Assembly (NCBI GenBank): GCA_964016885.1
Contig: OZ024741.1
Location: 97,030,001-97,094,000 of the forward strand
Direction: 5' to 3'
Source: Eledone cirrhosa
Lineage: Eukaryota
Length of the DNA: 64,000 nt
Shown here piece by piece: positions 13,401-28,425 of the stretch. Position 1 is the stretch's first letter, and every line of letters starts with the position of its first letter. Both the position numbers and the translations under genes were made by a program. The notes beneath the pieces were generated by a model that was given only the letters and a program-made list of their open reading frames with translations, did no database searches and was not told the DNA's origin.

Positions 13401-14520
13401 TTTATGAATGTATGTCTGTCTGTATGTATATGTATACGTGATGCGTATCTACCTATTGGTTGAGGATACATATATATATATGTATATGTGGAAATTGTGT
13501 ATATACATTTGATTGCACTTATGTGTAGTGATTATCCCAAGATTCGTGACAGATAGACATATAATAACAGCCATAAATACATAACAGGTAATCTTATAAA
13601 ACTTATATAAAAAAAATGTTGTTTAATAACATAAAATTTCCTTTAATATCTTAACAATTATAACATTTTATAAGATTCCTATATCTTAAATTAAATTAAA
13701 GAATCCTTTATGTTTTGTGTGTATATATTATATACGTAGTTAGATATGTATATGTATTTTATAAGTGTGTATATATATTTATATGTATTTTTGCGTGTGT
13801 ATACGTGTTATATGATATGTAGTTCTCTAGTAATATATGGATTTCTTAATATATAGATCCCAATTTTTAATATATTGATCTCAATTTTTAAATGATTAAC
13901 TAAACATCTAATCATATTTAAACAATGGTCAATTTCTCATATTATATATGTATATTCCATTCATGATTATTAACATTTCTAATTTTATTTATTCATTTCA
14001 TCCCAATTGTTAAGTTAACTCAACAAGATATGACTTAGAGATTTTCGTTCTCTCCCATTCTCTTTGTCTCCCCTCTGTCTATATATATATCTTTCTCGCT
14101 CTGTTGTTTTGGTCTCTCGCTCTCTCTCTCTTTTCTCTCTTTTTTATCTCTCTCCTTCTTTATCTTTCTCTTTCTCCATAACCCAACGGCTTATTTTAAA
14201 AATAAAAATATCCAATACTAATAATAATATAATTAAGCTTCAACTCCACTATCCGGGAGCTTCCAACAGTAATGGTTGCATTTTTTAAGGGTATGTCAAT
14301 ATTTATTTATAAAAATGATCTATATTATATTTTATCTAACGAAAGCACAACGTAATTTAACTTGGTGTCCTTGAAAAATGTATAATGAAATAAATATGGT
14401 TTTATAAATATAGTTTCCATTTGTTAATATCGTATTTTTACTCCAAATATTTGTTGGGTGCTTTATATCAGTTATAAAAATATTTGCTTGTTGTATCCCA
14501 ACAATTTAAATAGAACTTTT
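10497..14520 (+). mobile_element. Decayed PLE (RT plus GIY-YIG, about 10630-12852) with inverted 5' pLTR
   Basis: FDITMGSSDSAQLTDLVG, GLYRDD, CNC..CPL, YVGST; stops and frameshifts; 10497-10625 is the reverse complement of about 14305-14433, with decayed HHR cores. Confidence 0.92.
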
Positions 14521-14552
14521 ACACACATATATATATATATAATAATTAAGTA

Positions 14553-14770
14553 AAATATGTAAAATTTGGCTTCGTTTATTATAAATTATAGATATACTGC
14601 TATATATATTTCGGTGAAAGCCAATCTATAATTTAAAATAAACGAAGCCAAATTTTACATATTTGACATGATTATTTTATATTACTCCGGAGTAAACAAA
14701 CCAAATTGCGTACATCGTCGAGTTCTCCAATCTGTATACTGAGGTGTCGGTAAACAACCAACATATACTC
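14553..14770. mobile_element. Fold-back mini-insertion with an HHR 3' half in its loop
   Basis: Inverted arms of about 40 bp (14553-14593/14623-14663); the loop reads cacc-GAAA-TATATA-TA on the minus strand. Confidence 0.55.
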
Positions 14771-14958
14771 ACAATTTATATATGTATATATATATATTTA
14801 TGTCTGTACTTGATGTGTGTGTGAGAGAGAGAGAGAGTGTATGTGTGTGTATATGTATGTATGGTCCTGTAGCTCCAGATAGATACGTAGGGACACCGTA
14901 TTGACATGCGTTGTCTCTTGGGAAATTTAAGCCTGGCGTAGCGCATCCTTCTCCAAGC

Positions 14959-15082
<124 letters not shown>

Positions 15083-15775
15083 GTGAGGGTTTTTTTACAA
15101 AATGAAAAATAACCGAGGTGTCCTACACGAGTGGAAGTATAAAGAAAAAGAGATGAAATCGAAAATGCAACTGGAGTCTTATTTTTTTTTTAAATATATA
15201 TATTTATTTGGTTCCTTTACCGGTTTCGCAGTCCTTCTCCTTTCAAAAGGTGAGTTGAGATGGAGGGTCTGTGGTTTTTCTCACATCTGGTTGGTCTCTG
15301 AATGTTACTTGTTTTATATGGAAAAAGTGGCTCGAAATGCCAGGTTTTTCGAGAAGTAATTTGATTGGTTTGTCAATAATTATAATACATTTCGCGCCAG
15401 TTCGCGTTACAATAGTTCTTCAAATAAGAGGGGGGGCGGTTGTCACAGGTTGTTTTTTCATATATGAGTGTTTGAATTTCTTTTTACTTGAAAAAAGGAG
15501 GCTCACGAAGGCTTTTTTGGGGTTGGTTATAAATGAAATTATTGCTGTCACGTGAACAAATTTTCATTAAATTTTTGTGCCCTTATTTGGAAATCCATTC
15601 TGTAGCCTTTTTAGAGAATGTTTTGATAAGTGAAAGATAATGGTCAAGAGAAAGGGATGGGAGAATTGTTCTGGTTCAGTGAATATGGTTAGTTCGCTGG
15701 GGTGTCAGAATTCAGATTTTCTATTGAATAAAGAAAGTAAAGATATGTGTGTTTATTTGTGTGTTTATTTGTGTG

Positions 15776-16986
15776 CTTACAAGCAAATATCGGCGACTGC
15801 GATGGGCACAAAAGCCGCTCCAACTTATGCCAACTTAGTCATGGCATACTTAGAAGTCCAGATATATGAACAGTCCAAATCAAAATACGGATTGAACTTC
15901 CACAAATATTTATCAGAGAATTGGAAACGCTACTTGGATGATTGCTTCATTCTTTGGTACCACACACTCGACCAACTGAAGGATTTCAAAAACTTAATAA
16001 ACGGCATCAATAACCACATCCAATTCACAATGGAATACAGCCAAGATCAACTCCCATTTCTGGACATCTTAATCTTTAAAAAAGACACAAATATCGAAAC
16101 TGACATACACTACAAACCAACAGATTCCAAACAATATCTGCTATTCACCTCCAACCATCCAAAGCACACGAAGACGAACATTCCTTTTAACCTAGCAAGA
16201 AGAATTTGCACAATTGTCTCCAATTATGAAACGCAAAATAAAAGACTTCAAGAATTAAAGGAAATTCTACTCGAGAGAGAGTACCCACTATTACTAATAA
16301 ATAATGGAATAGAAAGGGCTAAAGCAATAGGCATTGATGAATTACGGAAACAGAAACAAATTCAAGGTACGTCCAATATTCTATCATATATCTCAACACA
16401 CAACCCAAGAAATGCGGAAGCTTACAACACTATTCACAATAACATCCCACTACTAAAACAAAACCCAAGAATGAAAAAAGCCCTTGAAACACACAAAATA
16501 ATCAAAAGCAAAAGACAACCAAAATCACTGAAAACATTACTCACCAATGCCAAATTAACTACCACAAACCCACAGCCAAGTATCAAAAAATGTGGTCGCT
16601 CTAATTGTGGGACCTGCACTCACCTCATTGAAGGCAACACGTATACATTTAAATCAGGACAAAATTTTACTGTAAAAAATCACTTCACTTGCTCATCAAA
16701 AAATCTAGTTTATGCCATTAAATGTAAAGGATGCAATGAAGATTATATAGGACAAACTAAACTCACACTCAGAAACAGAATGACAGTTCATCGCCAACAA
16801 TTACGAGATCCAACCACGAGACAGATACCATTTAGTGCACATCTAGACATTTGCGCAAGTAATAAGACACCCAAATTCCAAGTCTTCCCATTTTACCTTT
16901 GCGCTAACAATACAACAGAACAAATGCGAATAAATAAGGAAAATATGTTTATTCAAAAATATAGACCAACATTAAATATGGTTTAA
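15776..16986 (+). pseudogene. 5'-truncated PLE RT (C-terminal half) plus GIY-YIG, Naiad/Neptune-like; frame still open
   Basis: TAMGTKAAPTYANL, RYLDD, CGRSNCGTC, LVYAIKC..YIGQT. The first 45 aa of the tracked ORF come from the inverted arm. Confidence 0.92.
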
Positions 16987-17194
16987 TATACATTATGTCA
17001 ACACCATAATATGACATACACACACACACATAACACCTTCTACTTTAGAAAATAAAAACCCGAACTAAATAAACCTTAACATACGTTTGTACTGACAATA
17101 CAACAGCAAACACGAATAAGTAAGGAAAATATGTTCATTCAAAAATATTCCTACTAAAGAAATCACTTTCCTACACACACACAAACACACACAC

Positions 17195-17253
<59 letters not shown>

Positions 17254-17257
<4 letters not shown>

Positions 17258-17387
17258 GTTATTCCGGGTTGAATCGGAGGTAACCACAGTAAGTAAGGTA
17301 CTCAATACATAGCAGAGTATAAAAGTTTTAATATAGATGAGATTCTACAGGACTAGAGTTCTAGTCCTGTAGAATCTCATCTATATA
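17254..17387. mobile_element. Tiny fold-back insertion in a TA tract
   Basis: Hairpin atatagatgagattctacaggactaga/tctagtcctgtagaatctcatctatat. Confidence 0.6.
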
Positions 17388-17533
17388 TATATATATATAT
17401 ATATATCTAATTACTCACTGCCACCAAGAATTCTCACTGCTATCGAAAAACCACTCCTTCAACTATTCTTCTAACAACTTCACCCCTCCCTCCTAATATT
17501 CTCTATAAAAACTAAATAGGTCCTCAGTAATAT

Positions 17534-17651
17534 TATTCTGATGAAATGACAGTAAATAATAACATTGAAATATTGAATGTCTGCATAACTAAAAGTTTGT
17601 AGATAGCACCTGTTTTAGGTTATGTAACTGTTATAGAAACACGTGTCAATA
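17534..17651 (+). ncRNA. Hammerhead with extended stem II
   Basis: tatt-CTGATGA-a-atgacagt..actgttat-a-GAAA-CACGTG-TC-aata, overlapping AATAAA. Confidence 0.8.
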
Positions 17652-17686
17652 AATTCCTTTCAACTAAACTGTATCCATTCAAATCT

Positions 17687-17748
<62 letters not shown>

Positions 17749-18323
17749 TCTTCATCTTAACATGCTAACCATACTCCCACACACATAACATCCATACACA
17801 CACATAACAACCCCCACACCCACAACTCCCTCCCCATTTCTACTAATAGAACCACTTTCCTACACACATATATATACACACACACAAAATATATATTCTC
17901 TCCATCTTAACATACTCGCACACACATAACACCCATACACACACACAACTCCCTCCCCCATTTCTACTTATAGAATCATCTTCCAATACACACATACACA
18001 CACACACACACACATACACACACACAAGCACACAAATAAACATACATATCTTTACTTCAATAGAAAATCTGAACTCTGACACCCCAGCGAACTAACCATA
18101 TTCACTGAACCAGAACCATTCTCCCAATCCCATTTCTCTTGACCACTATCTTTCCATTGTCATAACATTCGCTATAAAGACTACAGAATAGTTTTCCAAT
18201 TAAGGGCGCAAAAATGTAATGAAAACTTATTCACGTGACAGCCAAATTTCATTTATAACCAATCAAATTACGTTTATTAAAAAAAAGCCTTCGTGAGCCA
18301 CCTTTTTTTAAAGTAAAGAAATT

Positions 18324-18365
<42 letters not shown>

Positions 18366-18896
18366 CACACACACAAACACACAAATACACAAATAAACAC
18401 ACATATCTTTACTTTCTTTATTCAATAGAAAATCTGAATTCTGACACCCCAGCGAACTAACCATATTCACTGAACCAGAACAATTCTCCCATCCCTTTCT
18501 CTTGACCATTATCTTTCACTTATCAAAAAATTCTCTAAAAAGGCTACAGAATGGATTTCCAAATAAGGGCACAAAAATTTAAGGAAAATTTGTTCACGTG
18601 ACAGCCATAATTTCATTTATAACCAACCCCCAAAAAGCCTTCGTGAGCCTCCTTTTTTCAAGTAAAAAGAAATTCAAACACTCATATATGAAAAAAATAA
18701 CCTGTGACAACCCCCCCTCTTATTTGAAGAACTATTGTAACGCGAACTGGCGCGAAATGTATTATAATTATTGACAAACCAATCAAATTACTTCTCGAAA
18801 AACCTGGCATTTCGAGCCACTTTTTCCATATAAAACAAGTAACATTCAGAGACCAACCAGATGTGAGAAAAACCACAGACCCTCCATCTCAACTCA

Positions 18897-18934
18897 CCTT
18901 TTGAAAAGCAGAAGAACTGCTAAACCGGTAAAGG
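18897..18934 (+). ncRNA. Minimal hammerhead, U3:A8 family (this copy has G12U)
   Basis: cctt-TTGAAAA-gcag/ctgc-(T/G)AAA-CCGG-TA-aagg; siblings at 15214-15250(-) and 37581-37618(+) keep GAAA. Confidence 0.55.
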
Positions 18935-19001
18935 AACCAAATAAATATATATATTTAAAAAAAAAATAAGACTCCAGTTGCATTTTCGATTTCATCTCTT
19001 T

Positions 19002-19065
<64 letters not shown>

Positions 19066-19149
19066 AGTAGAGGTGTAATTGAATTTCGTTCACAGGCGGT
19101 AAGCCAAGATGAGCTCTCGTTACGCATGGGGAGTAGAGTATCAATAATA

Positions 19150-19344
19150 TTAAATGCGAACAAAAAATCAATATTGCATCATATAAATTTTAAATTACAT
19201 ATTACATATGTTTCACTGCCGATCAGCTCTTGGAATGATCGAATAATGTTTCGATCGTTTCCCGAACTGTTCGGCCTGTGAAACATATGTAGTATGTAAT
19301 TAAATATATATATGATGCAATACTGATTATTTGTTCTCATTTAT
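19150..19344. repeat. Imperfect palindrome of about 195 bp (old fold-back insertion)
   Basis: Arms pair along their whole length; contains GAAA-CATATG-TA. Confidence 0.75.
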
Positions 19345-20608
19345 TGTTGTTATCATTATTACTATTATTATTATATATATGGTCCCGTAACGCCTTATGA
19401 AGTCTTAAGGGCGCCGCATTGACATGCGGCGTTTCTGTGGCAATTTTTAAAATCCTGGAGGAGTCTATCTCCTCTTCAAATCTATTACTATATATATGTG
19501 TGTTTGTGTGCATGTGTATGTGTATATGTGTGTGTTATGCATGCTTGTATGTATGTATCTATGCGTGGGTGTCTATTTGCATGTGTGTTTGAATGCATGA
19601 ATGTGTATATGTGTAAATATATGTGTATATTTGTGTATCTCAAAGGAGATCTTGTGATGTAGACTTGTATTCAAATGTGGAAGACGATAACTGTAATCAA
19701 GGAATATCTTGATAAAAAGCCTTTTAATAACCCTCTTAATATTAGTTCCCATTCATAGCGCATGCTTCTAAATATCAGTTCAGAACTAACATAGAAACAA
19801 GCTGACATAATCAGTTACTCGTGTTTCTGAACTCTTTATCGTGATGCCAACTCAATTGATTTTTACGCAGTTATCATTGGTGATTTTATGTCGAATAAGC
19901 TATTAAGATTTAAACAAATGTTTCTGTAAACCAGATTTCTGTTGATTGCAATTGCTATTCTTCGTATCATGATTTCTCTTTAATTAAGAAGAGGGATTGT
20001 ATTATCAGAATGCATTTCTTTAATTAATCTCATTCGGTATTATTTTCTTTTGTATCATTAGAAGAATTATTTTTTCCGTCTTAAGATTTCTTTTAATTCT
20101 TTGACATTTTCCTTTCAATTATCCCGGATACATTTTTCAAAAGAACCAAAATAGCTTTGCAGGAAATTTCCTCTGTGTGGATCAACAGAAAAATATTACG
20201 ACGTCTCCCTTGGTAGCATATTAGAACAAATATCCAATATAGCGGATTAAAACTTTCTTTCGAAATGTGATAATTCCAGCAGAGCTTCTTGAAAAGGAGG
20301 AGCAAAAAAGCCCTCCCGTATTCGCTATTTTTCTTCGTTAATAAAATTCATTGTACGGTTTAATTAATTCTCGGTTGCAAATGTATTAATAAAAAAAGCA
20401 AATGAAAGAAAGTTTTGATGGAAAATCCTTTGTAATTGTTTTTACCCTGTATGATTTTGCTTTGATGTATTCTGAAAATGAAATAAAATTTAACCAGCAA
20501 CAATATCATAGAAAATAATAACAGTTACTTGGCTTTCTTTGTTTCTTTAGTTTTTTTTCTTTTTCTTCTTGTTATCATCACATCATCTTCCACTTCCTCC
20601 TCCTCAGT

Positions 20609-20765
<157 letters not shown>

Positions 20766-22879
20766 GTTTTATTGATTGTTTTTATATTTTTATTAACCAA
20801 TATTGTTATTATTATTATTCCCAATAAAAGGGAATGAAACATGATTACGAAATGTTTTCTATTAATATGATTTGAAAGGAATTTATATTTTCATTTTCTC
20901 TTTCAGAAATACTTTTGTAGCACCTTTAATGACCAAAGGGTTAACACCAACACAAGTTATTGCAACTGGCAGTTATGTAGTGAAAAAAAAAATACAAATT
21001 ACAGGCGCTAACTTGGATAAAACAAAATGGATGCTACAATCGCAATAAGGATATATATTTTGTATTTGTTCCTTTGTTTTCACTGATTTTGTTCGTAATT
21101 TATTTTAAAAATTGGCAAATTTATAGTTTGGCGTAAAATGTTAAGCCTGTAAGCTTTATTCGTGTAGAAAACAAAGATGAAAACCACATAGAGAAACATT
21201 ATATAAGCATGAAATACTTTTACATGGGACATGAACATTTAGAAAATATAAATAGGGTAAGAGAAAAACCCAAGAAAGGAATATGAGTTTTATAGTAAAT
21301 GGTCGCCAACTAATATGACCTTACCTCAAACAGAATGGGTGTGCTTCTTCTGTTTCTGATCGAATTAAACCCTGTTTAATGGGTTATTAAAAAGCGATGC
21401 ATTTGCTTGAAGCTTTTTTAAGAGAGGAAAGGATTTACACGGAGCAATACCACTCTCTCAACATCGAATATATTTGCCCAAAGAGAAGATCTGGTCTACA
21501 TCGTTGTATGCAAATCAAGTCGCTGCTTTTATATCTGAGTGACCTTCTCCAAGAGAGATGACTTAATCAAGGTTAGGAGTGTCTCGCTCCACAAAAAATA
21601 CTTTATTGGATAGCTGTTGATTCTTTTCAGTCCCTCGGCCCTTTGAGGGGTTATGTTTTTCATGCTACAGCGTGTCCAAAATAACCATACTCACTAAGCA
21701 AGCTTGCTTGGGTTTCTGATTTAGTCATAGATGACCCGACCATGCGCAGGTTATTACCAGTCGCGGTGATGTGTGACCTGATATACATACATACACTCTC
21801 TCACATATCTATACACACACACACACATTCGTTCATACATATATACACATATATTTGAACCATAGAATTATACATCAGAGCGTTTTACCATGAGACATAC
21901 GGACATTTTACATTAAATAAATATTTCTTTTACAGACTTTTTACGCCAATTCCACCAAAATGTGTTCAATAACATTATTTACGAAAATGATGTTTATACG
22001 GAAATACCATTGCTGTCGTCTATAGCGTACTAACCTTTCTAATAATCTTCATTACTAATCACTCCTTAATTAAGTTCGTATCAACTAGTATATATATTGT
22101 TTTGGAACATAAAATCATAAGGATGTTTCAAAGAGAAGCTTCTGTCTACTGAACATTTCCTTAACCCATTCATGTTCTGTAAGAAAACAACAATATGGTT
22201 TGTCAGTTTAGCCACAATGAAGAAATAGAGATTAAAGAGTTGTCATTAGCAGATATTATGAAACTACGGATTTTATGAGGGCAATCGGGAAGGTATTTCC
22301 TCTCATGTAGTATACCGATAGCAAATCAACCACGCATCATCTCTCATTTAAAGGGCTAAAGATATACTTTACTGCATTTCGGAGAAGATCCAAAATATTT
22401 CATTAATAATAAGGAAAAATACGTGTCGTTTTATAAGTATACGGATTAAACGTATTATACGGATACGTTGTCAAATAATCTGAGTATATAAACAGTTCCT
22501 TCCACTATAAATTAATCTTATTTAATATCGAGTGCATGTACTGATTTTATATTGTTTTCTTCTATATCAGAACCAAGACTCGCCTTTTGTATATATACGA
22601 CATAGAAAAATAAATGTAATGATATTAAATCTCTTTCGGGCATCATCATTCCTAGACAACATTTTCTAAAGTCGAGCTAGGTGCATCCCTAATTAAACAT
22701 TTAAATCTATTCAGTACTGAATTGAATTACAAGTGTATTCGCTATCTCTAATTAAACGAAACCCTAATTTCATTTCATTCTCTAATAATTCCCAAATGTG
22801 GTATGTACAACTACATGAAAATGAAATCTAACACCTGTTATGCATTCTATAACGAATGTACGTTACTTCTATCTATTTA

Positions 22880-22938
<59 letters not shown>

Positions 22939-25900
22939 ATCAGGGATTTTATTTGACGTGTATCGTCCTGTTTATTCTTACAATCTTACCTGTTAGGCAT
23001 TGCATAGCGAATTAAGTTACTTGTATATATATATATATACGTCAGGGATTTTATTTGAGGTTTATCTTCTTATTCATACTTACAATCTCATCAGATGGTC
23101 AGCATTCCCAACAGTAACAAAATCAACTAATTAACTATTTATTCTATCAAGCTCGTCGTTATTTCGACCTGTGGAGAGCCTATATTATTACAGTGTTTCA
23201 ACTAAATTCCTACGAGCATAGAAAGACGCAACACGCTATAAAGAATTTATTTCTGAACGACAAATAGTTTATGCTGAAATATTCGTCTTCGCATCCTTAC
23301 GGCAAAATAAGTCATTCCGCTTTCTGAACTTTCATATGAATTATTTACTAATGGAGACGAGAGTGTTTACTAAAGCCAAACCTTTTCGATTTTATATACA
23401 GCGAAATATTGATTCCTGATTTGGTGTCATTTGGTTTCTAATTCTGGCACTCGGTGAGCAGTTTGAATGCAGATGAAATCCATAGAATTAACTCCTGTTC
23501 TTGAAAATTAGTTTATTTTATCGCCACCAGAAAGATGCAAGTCAAATTTCTCTCCGCGGAATTTGAGCTAAAGCTTAGTAAGGCTGTAACTACACAGGGC
23601 ACAATGCATTTTGTCCAACGCCCTAGCGATACTGCCAAATCAACGCCGTAGCATACATCGAAATATTACGCATAAACTTAAACCGCCGTGTCAAAAACAA
23701 CGGCAAACATTTGTATTATCGTCCATCCGTTTGAGGTTACAAAATAATTATCCCAAACAACTACCAAAGAAAACCTCTGTGCTCTTGACGAAACAGCTAA
23801 ATTAAAAGCCACAGCACTCAAATTATACCCTACTCTATTTAAAAATTGGGGATTATTTCGATCATATGGTCTAGATAATATATGTATCAAATATAAGATT
23901 CAGATGTGCAATTCTTTCATCATGGCTGTCCATAATCAAAGAAGATTTGAGATGAAATATCCACCAGCCCTTGGTAAAATGAATCTCCATATCCTTAAAT
24001 TCGTATAGATTGATAAAGAATTTTGTTAGTATTAATGAGACGACTGAATATGTAAAAAGATACATGACGAACTGAGTGAGTACCTACTTAATTTTATCAT
24101 TATTCTTTGTCCGTCAACACAGGGTAAACATTATTCAAGTAATTTCTTATTGACAGTAAAAACCGAGTGTTTACCTACAACGAATTGTCAGAGTAAGATT
24201 TATTCCGGCCCTCTGCAATCCGAATTCTAATACTTTCGCCGTCAAATTTGCAATTCATCAGTTTGGATTTATTATAATGAGTACCAATTCAGGCTGATGC
24301 ATTGTTAGTAGCAGGTCCTTAAACGTTAAACCCGATTACTTCGGCTTGGCATTGTTTCTGCTCCATGTCCAAAGCTAGTAGAACTTTCGACAGAAAGATT
24401 TCTGGTGTTCACTCTCCTATGTATATTGGTAAACAAGAGAGTTCATATGATACACACAGGATCATGTGTGTTTGATTGGCTTAATTAGCAACTATCATTT
24501 TTCGTAAGCCATAGTACCAATCACACATACTGGGGTAACATTTGGCCTCCCACAATATATGCCATACATTGATCATGAAATTGGAAGCACAATCATCATT
24601 AATCCTGTTCCGTGCATTCCAGGAATCGATGCAGTTTGCAGATATTAGACGTGCCCTACGAAATATTCGCGAATGACACTTGGCTCTCAGTATTTCATTA
24701 TGAAGAACGGTTCTCGGCTATTGATATTATTTGAATTGTTGTCACATATATTATTTGTGCTATTTTTAGTTGAGATATAATTGTTTTTGTAGATAATACT
24801 GCTGTTGTATATGATTTCCATGTTAATGATATCTTTCCATTGAAAGTCTTCTCTTAAACTTAGCTCACATATGTATTGCCAAACGTGATGATGGCGGACT
24901 GGGTATTCGTACCATCATTACCATTGTCCCATTCTTTTTGAGTGGGGATGGGGATTCGCATACTATTGCTCTCTCCGTCCTTTCACTCACGATGTGGTTC
25001 TGACTTTGTTCCGCTAATGATCAGTCATTTTTTTCTACTGGGTTAAAGAAAAAAAATTAAAATATATTAAAATGAAAGTGTTTTATTTAAATCTATATTT
25101 TTGAAGAAATGAAAAAATAAATTGATCTCAGAAGTCAAAGATATAAGCGTAACAGCTAAGTTGTAGAGGACATTTCTGCTATACGCCAGAGTATATGAAG
25201 GCACACAAATAAATTTTAAGCTGACAGGCTTGACAACTAATTCATGAAAGACAGAAATATCACTACTCGCACTTTAACAATGGTAAATATAATGACAACC
25301 ACTATTTTTGTAGACTTATCAGTACTAGCAATTAATCAATGCATTAATAAAATATTGTGATAAGATAGCTGCACCTAGACAAAATTGTATAAATTGTTCG
25401 TTAATTATTTTTTTCGGCTCAAAATATATTTCATACAATAGTGTTATTCGCAGCCGTAACCAATTATTTAGTATAGTGCCATTTCCACACCACATCTGAA
25501 ACACAATGCTTACTGAGATTGTTTCAACATAGTACACATATAAAATTTATTGGTCTCTACACTCAGCCAATAATATATCAATGTCTGGTACATTATTATT
25601 ATCCTGTTGCTGTCACATTCTTTCGTTCAAACTGTCAAAACAATTATAGCTACAATTCTTTGATCTAAATCTTTATGTCTCATCCATTAAAACTATCGAC
25701 AGAATTTGTCCAAATGTATTCAATTACCACAAAATAACTTTTATATAATTCATCTATAATCTATGAAATTATTTTTTCTTTTTCATACCTTGCTCTTCAT
25801 TTGTTACTAAATCACTATCTAAAGATATAAATCTAAATTTACACACTTACATTCGCACAAACCCATACACAGACATGCACACACACACGCACGCACATAC

Positions 25901-28229
25901 ACACGTGCACAAGCGCACACACACACACACTCACACACACACACGTACAGTAATACACGCATACACGTGTATAAATGTATTTTTGTGTGTCAGTGTGTGT
26001 GTGTATTTGTAAGTATCTAGTGGTTATAACAAACTGGGGGAAGTGTTCACAATAACGTAGCAGAGTTGAGTTTTATTCGCTCGGGTGACTCACCACTCGA
26101 TTATACATAAAAAAGGAAACTGTATTTTGAGAAAGAGTTCCTTAATTTGACAAATGAAAGACGTAGAGAATGGATTGGATGAATTCCCCCTTCTGCTACC
26201 AAGTACTGTTCTATCAAAATTATGGTTTTTGCATTCATTTAATTTAGGATGCAACTCTAGAGGTAGAGGTTCTTCTAGATATATTTACAGGAAACCATCA
26301 CGATTTGCGTGTTCGCGGTTAAAATGTAAATGAAAGAAACGATGACCCACGAGGATTGACGGGCCACTTACAATTTAAAACTTGCATTCAGCAGAATTAT
26401 GGGCCGTATATTGTCGATAATATTTGTATTGTTGGCCTCTTTCTTTTCTCCGATCGATCCCAATTTCTTGCTAAAATATCTCTTGTCATTCTACAGCTAG
26501 CGGCAATAGTTCTGATACGAATTATAGTGAAAACTGTTATAGTAGTCTATGATCTAGCTATACATATTATAGGGTATGTCATCCAATCAAGAACGTTTAA
26601 TACACACACCCTCTGTCATCTAGCTATACATATTATAGGGCATGCCATACAATCAAGAACGTTTAATATTCACACCCCTGTTCATGTACGCTAGTGTACC
26701 AACAACGCTTATTGAACTTTTGTAAAACAAGAAATTTTCAATCGAAAGCTACCGAGGGAGGCTCTAGCTTTCACAATATAAATTCGAACCAGTTGAATAA
26801 AATTCTTATCCAATTTCTTACCAATGCTTGGAATCGAATCGAACGTGTACCAGCTAAAACTTGTCTCATCTTCTTATTTACGAGTGCACGCTATATAATG
26901 ATGTAGCAGCACACGTTTTTCACGTTAAATAAAATATTTAGAAATACTTTCGCGGTTTCAACCTCGATTGTGACCCATTTTATTAATCGATACTTCTAAT
27001 CTCTTCATTACATTCGGTTCAAATGTATTGTTCGCCATTACTATTGATTCGTTGCACCCTTTTCTGTTCTAATGTATCGCATACCACTCAAAAGGCTCGC
27101 GTCAAATATCTCTGAAATAATTGACGAACAAATTTGTTATATTTTCTTCATACCTTGAAAGAGTATATTCTTGACTATGATTCCCATCAACATTGATCGA
27201 TATGATAAAAACTCGCAATAGCTCCCAATACAAGGTTACACACGTTTTGCCTCTGATATGATTCCATTAAACCATATCCTATATTCTTAATTTTCTTTTT
27301 TTAACCAAGCAGGATAGATGTGAATGACAGCCACATCGGAATTTAGTCTTAGCATATAAATGGATGTAATTAAATTTTTGAGTTGCCCACTATACCAAAT
27401 CAGGCATCACTTAATCAGATGAGGAATTTTGTATGGATTATAAATGATGGCAATTCTCTTCGTCAGAGAATATAAATGCTTTATATTTGTTATCCACCAA
27501 CCTAGATACCGATGAGAATATTGAAATAGGTTTATTTCACTCGTCTTAATGATACTACTAGAAATATAAGTATATTAGTAAAAGATAAGGGAAATACCAT
27601 AACAAATAATGTATAAAATGATGCAAAATAGTTTGTTGCTAGAATCTAAATTAGTAAGAGAGATAGGGAATATTTGTATATTGATACATTAGAAAATCTA
27701 ATTTCATTAGGACTGTAAACAATTCTGCAGGCTTCTCAAATAAGTAAATAAATAAATAAAATAAAATTTAAAAAATAGACATTCCGGCACCAGGAATATT
27801 AATTTTCGGAATTATGCAGTCGAAAGCATTTACATGTTTACAGCTAAAGAAGCAACCGGTGAAATAATGCTTCTACTATAAATTGGAGTAATTGATAATA
27901 ACAGCGATAGTAAAACTGATATTATTTGAAATCACAATGGCTGTGATAGCAAGAGTTATCGGTTATGACGATATTGGTGTTTATTGTGAAGGCCATGTTC
28001 ATGATGATGAGAATGAGGATGAGGATGGTGATTATGGCAGAGGTGATGATGGTGACCCTTATGATGATGACGATGATGGCGTTAATGTGACGATCAATGT
28101 GGCAATGTGGTAGTGGCAGCATTCCTAAAGAATTGAGAAGGGTATGTGTCATGTGTAGTAAATATATATGTCCTATGTCCGTGCAAATATGAAATATTAG
28201 AATGACCATAAAAATGGTTGAGCTTCAAG

Positions 28230-28425
28230 CAGAAACACTTCAGTTGTTGGTGGTGGTTGCGACCATTTACGTTGTGAATTCAAATCCAGCCGTTGTTAGC
28301 TTTAACTTTCAACCTTACGGGGTGGACAACATAAAGCAACGGTAATGCACTGGGATTGATTTGATCGACTTTCCCCTCCAACTAAATTCCTGGCTATGTG
28401 CCTATAGTAGAAATCGTTATCATTA
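28230..28425 (+). mobile_element. Diverged SINE
   Basis: gaattcaaatccagcc..tacggggtggacaacataaag..gcactggg. Confidence 0.6.

Noticed and set aside
15640-15775. N-terminus of the 448-aa ORF as a real domain
   Set aside because: It is antisense UTR sequence from the inverted arm
20907-21050. Plus-strand exon after a tttcag acceptor
   Set aside because: No clear donor or recognisable peptide
26550-26680. Tandem duplication of about 68 bp as a CRISPR-like array
   Set aside because: Two adjacent copies with no spacers, in eukaryotic DNA
27892-28113. Asp-rich ORF
   Set aside because: Decayed (GAT)n repeat
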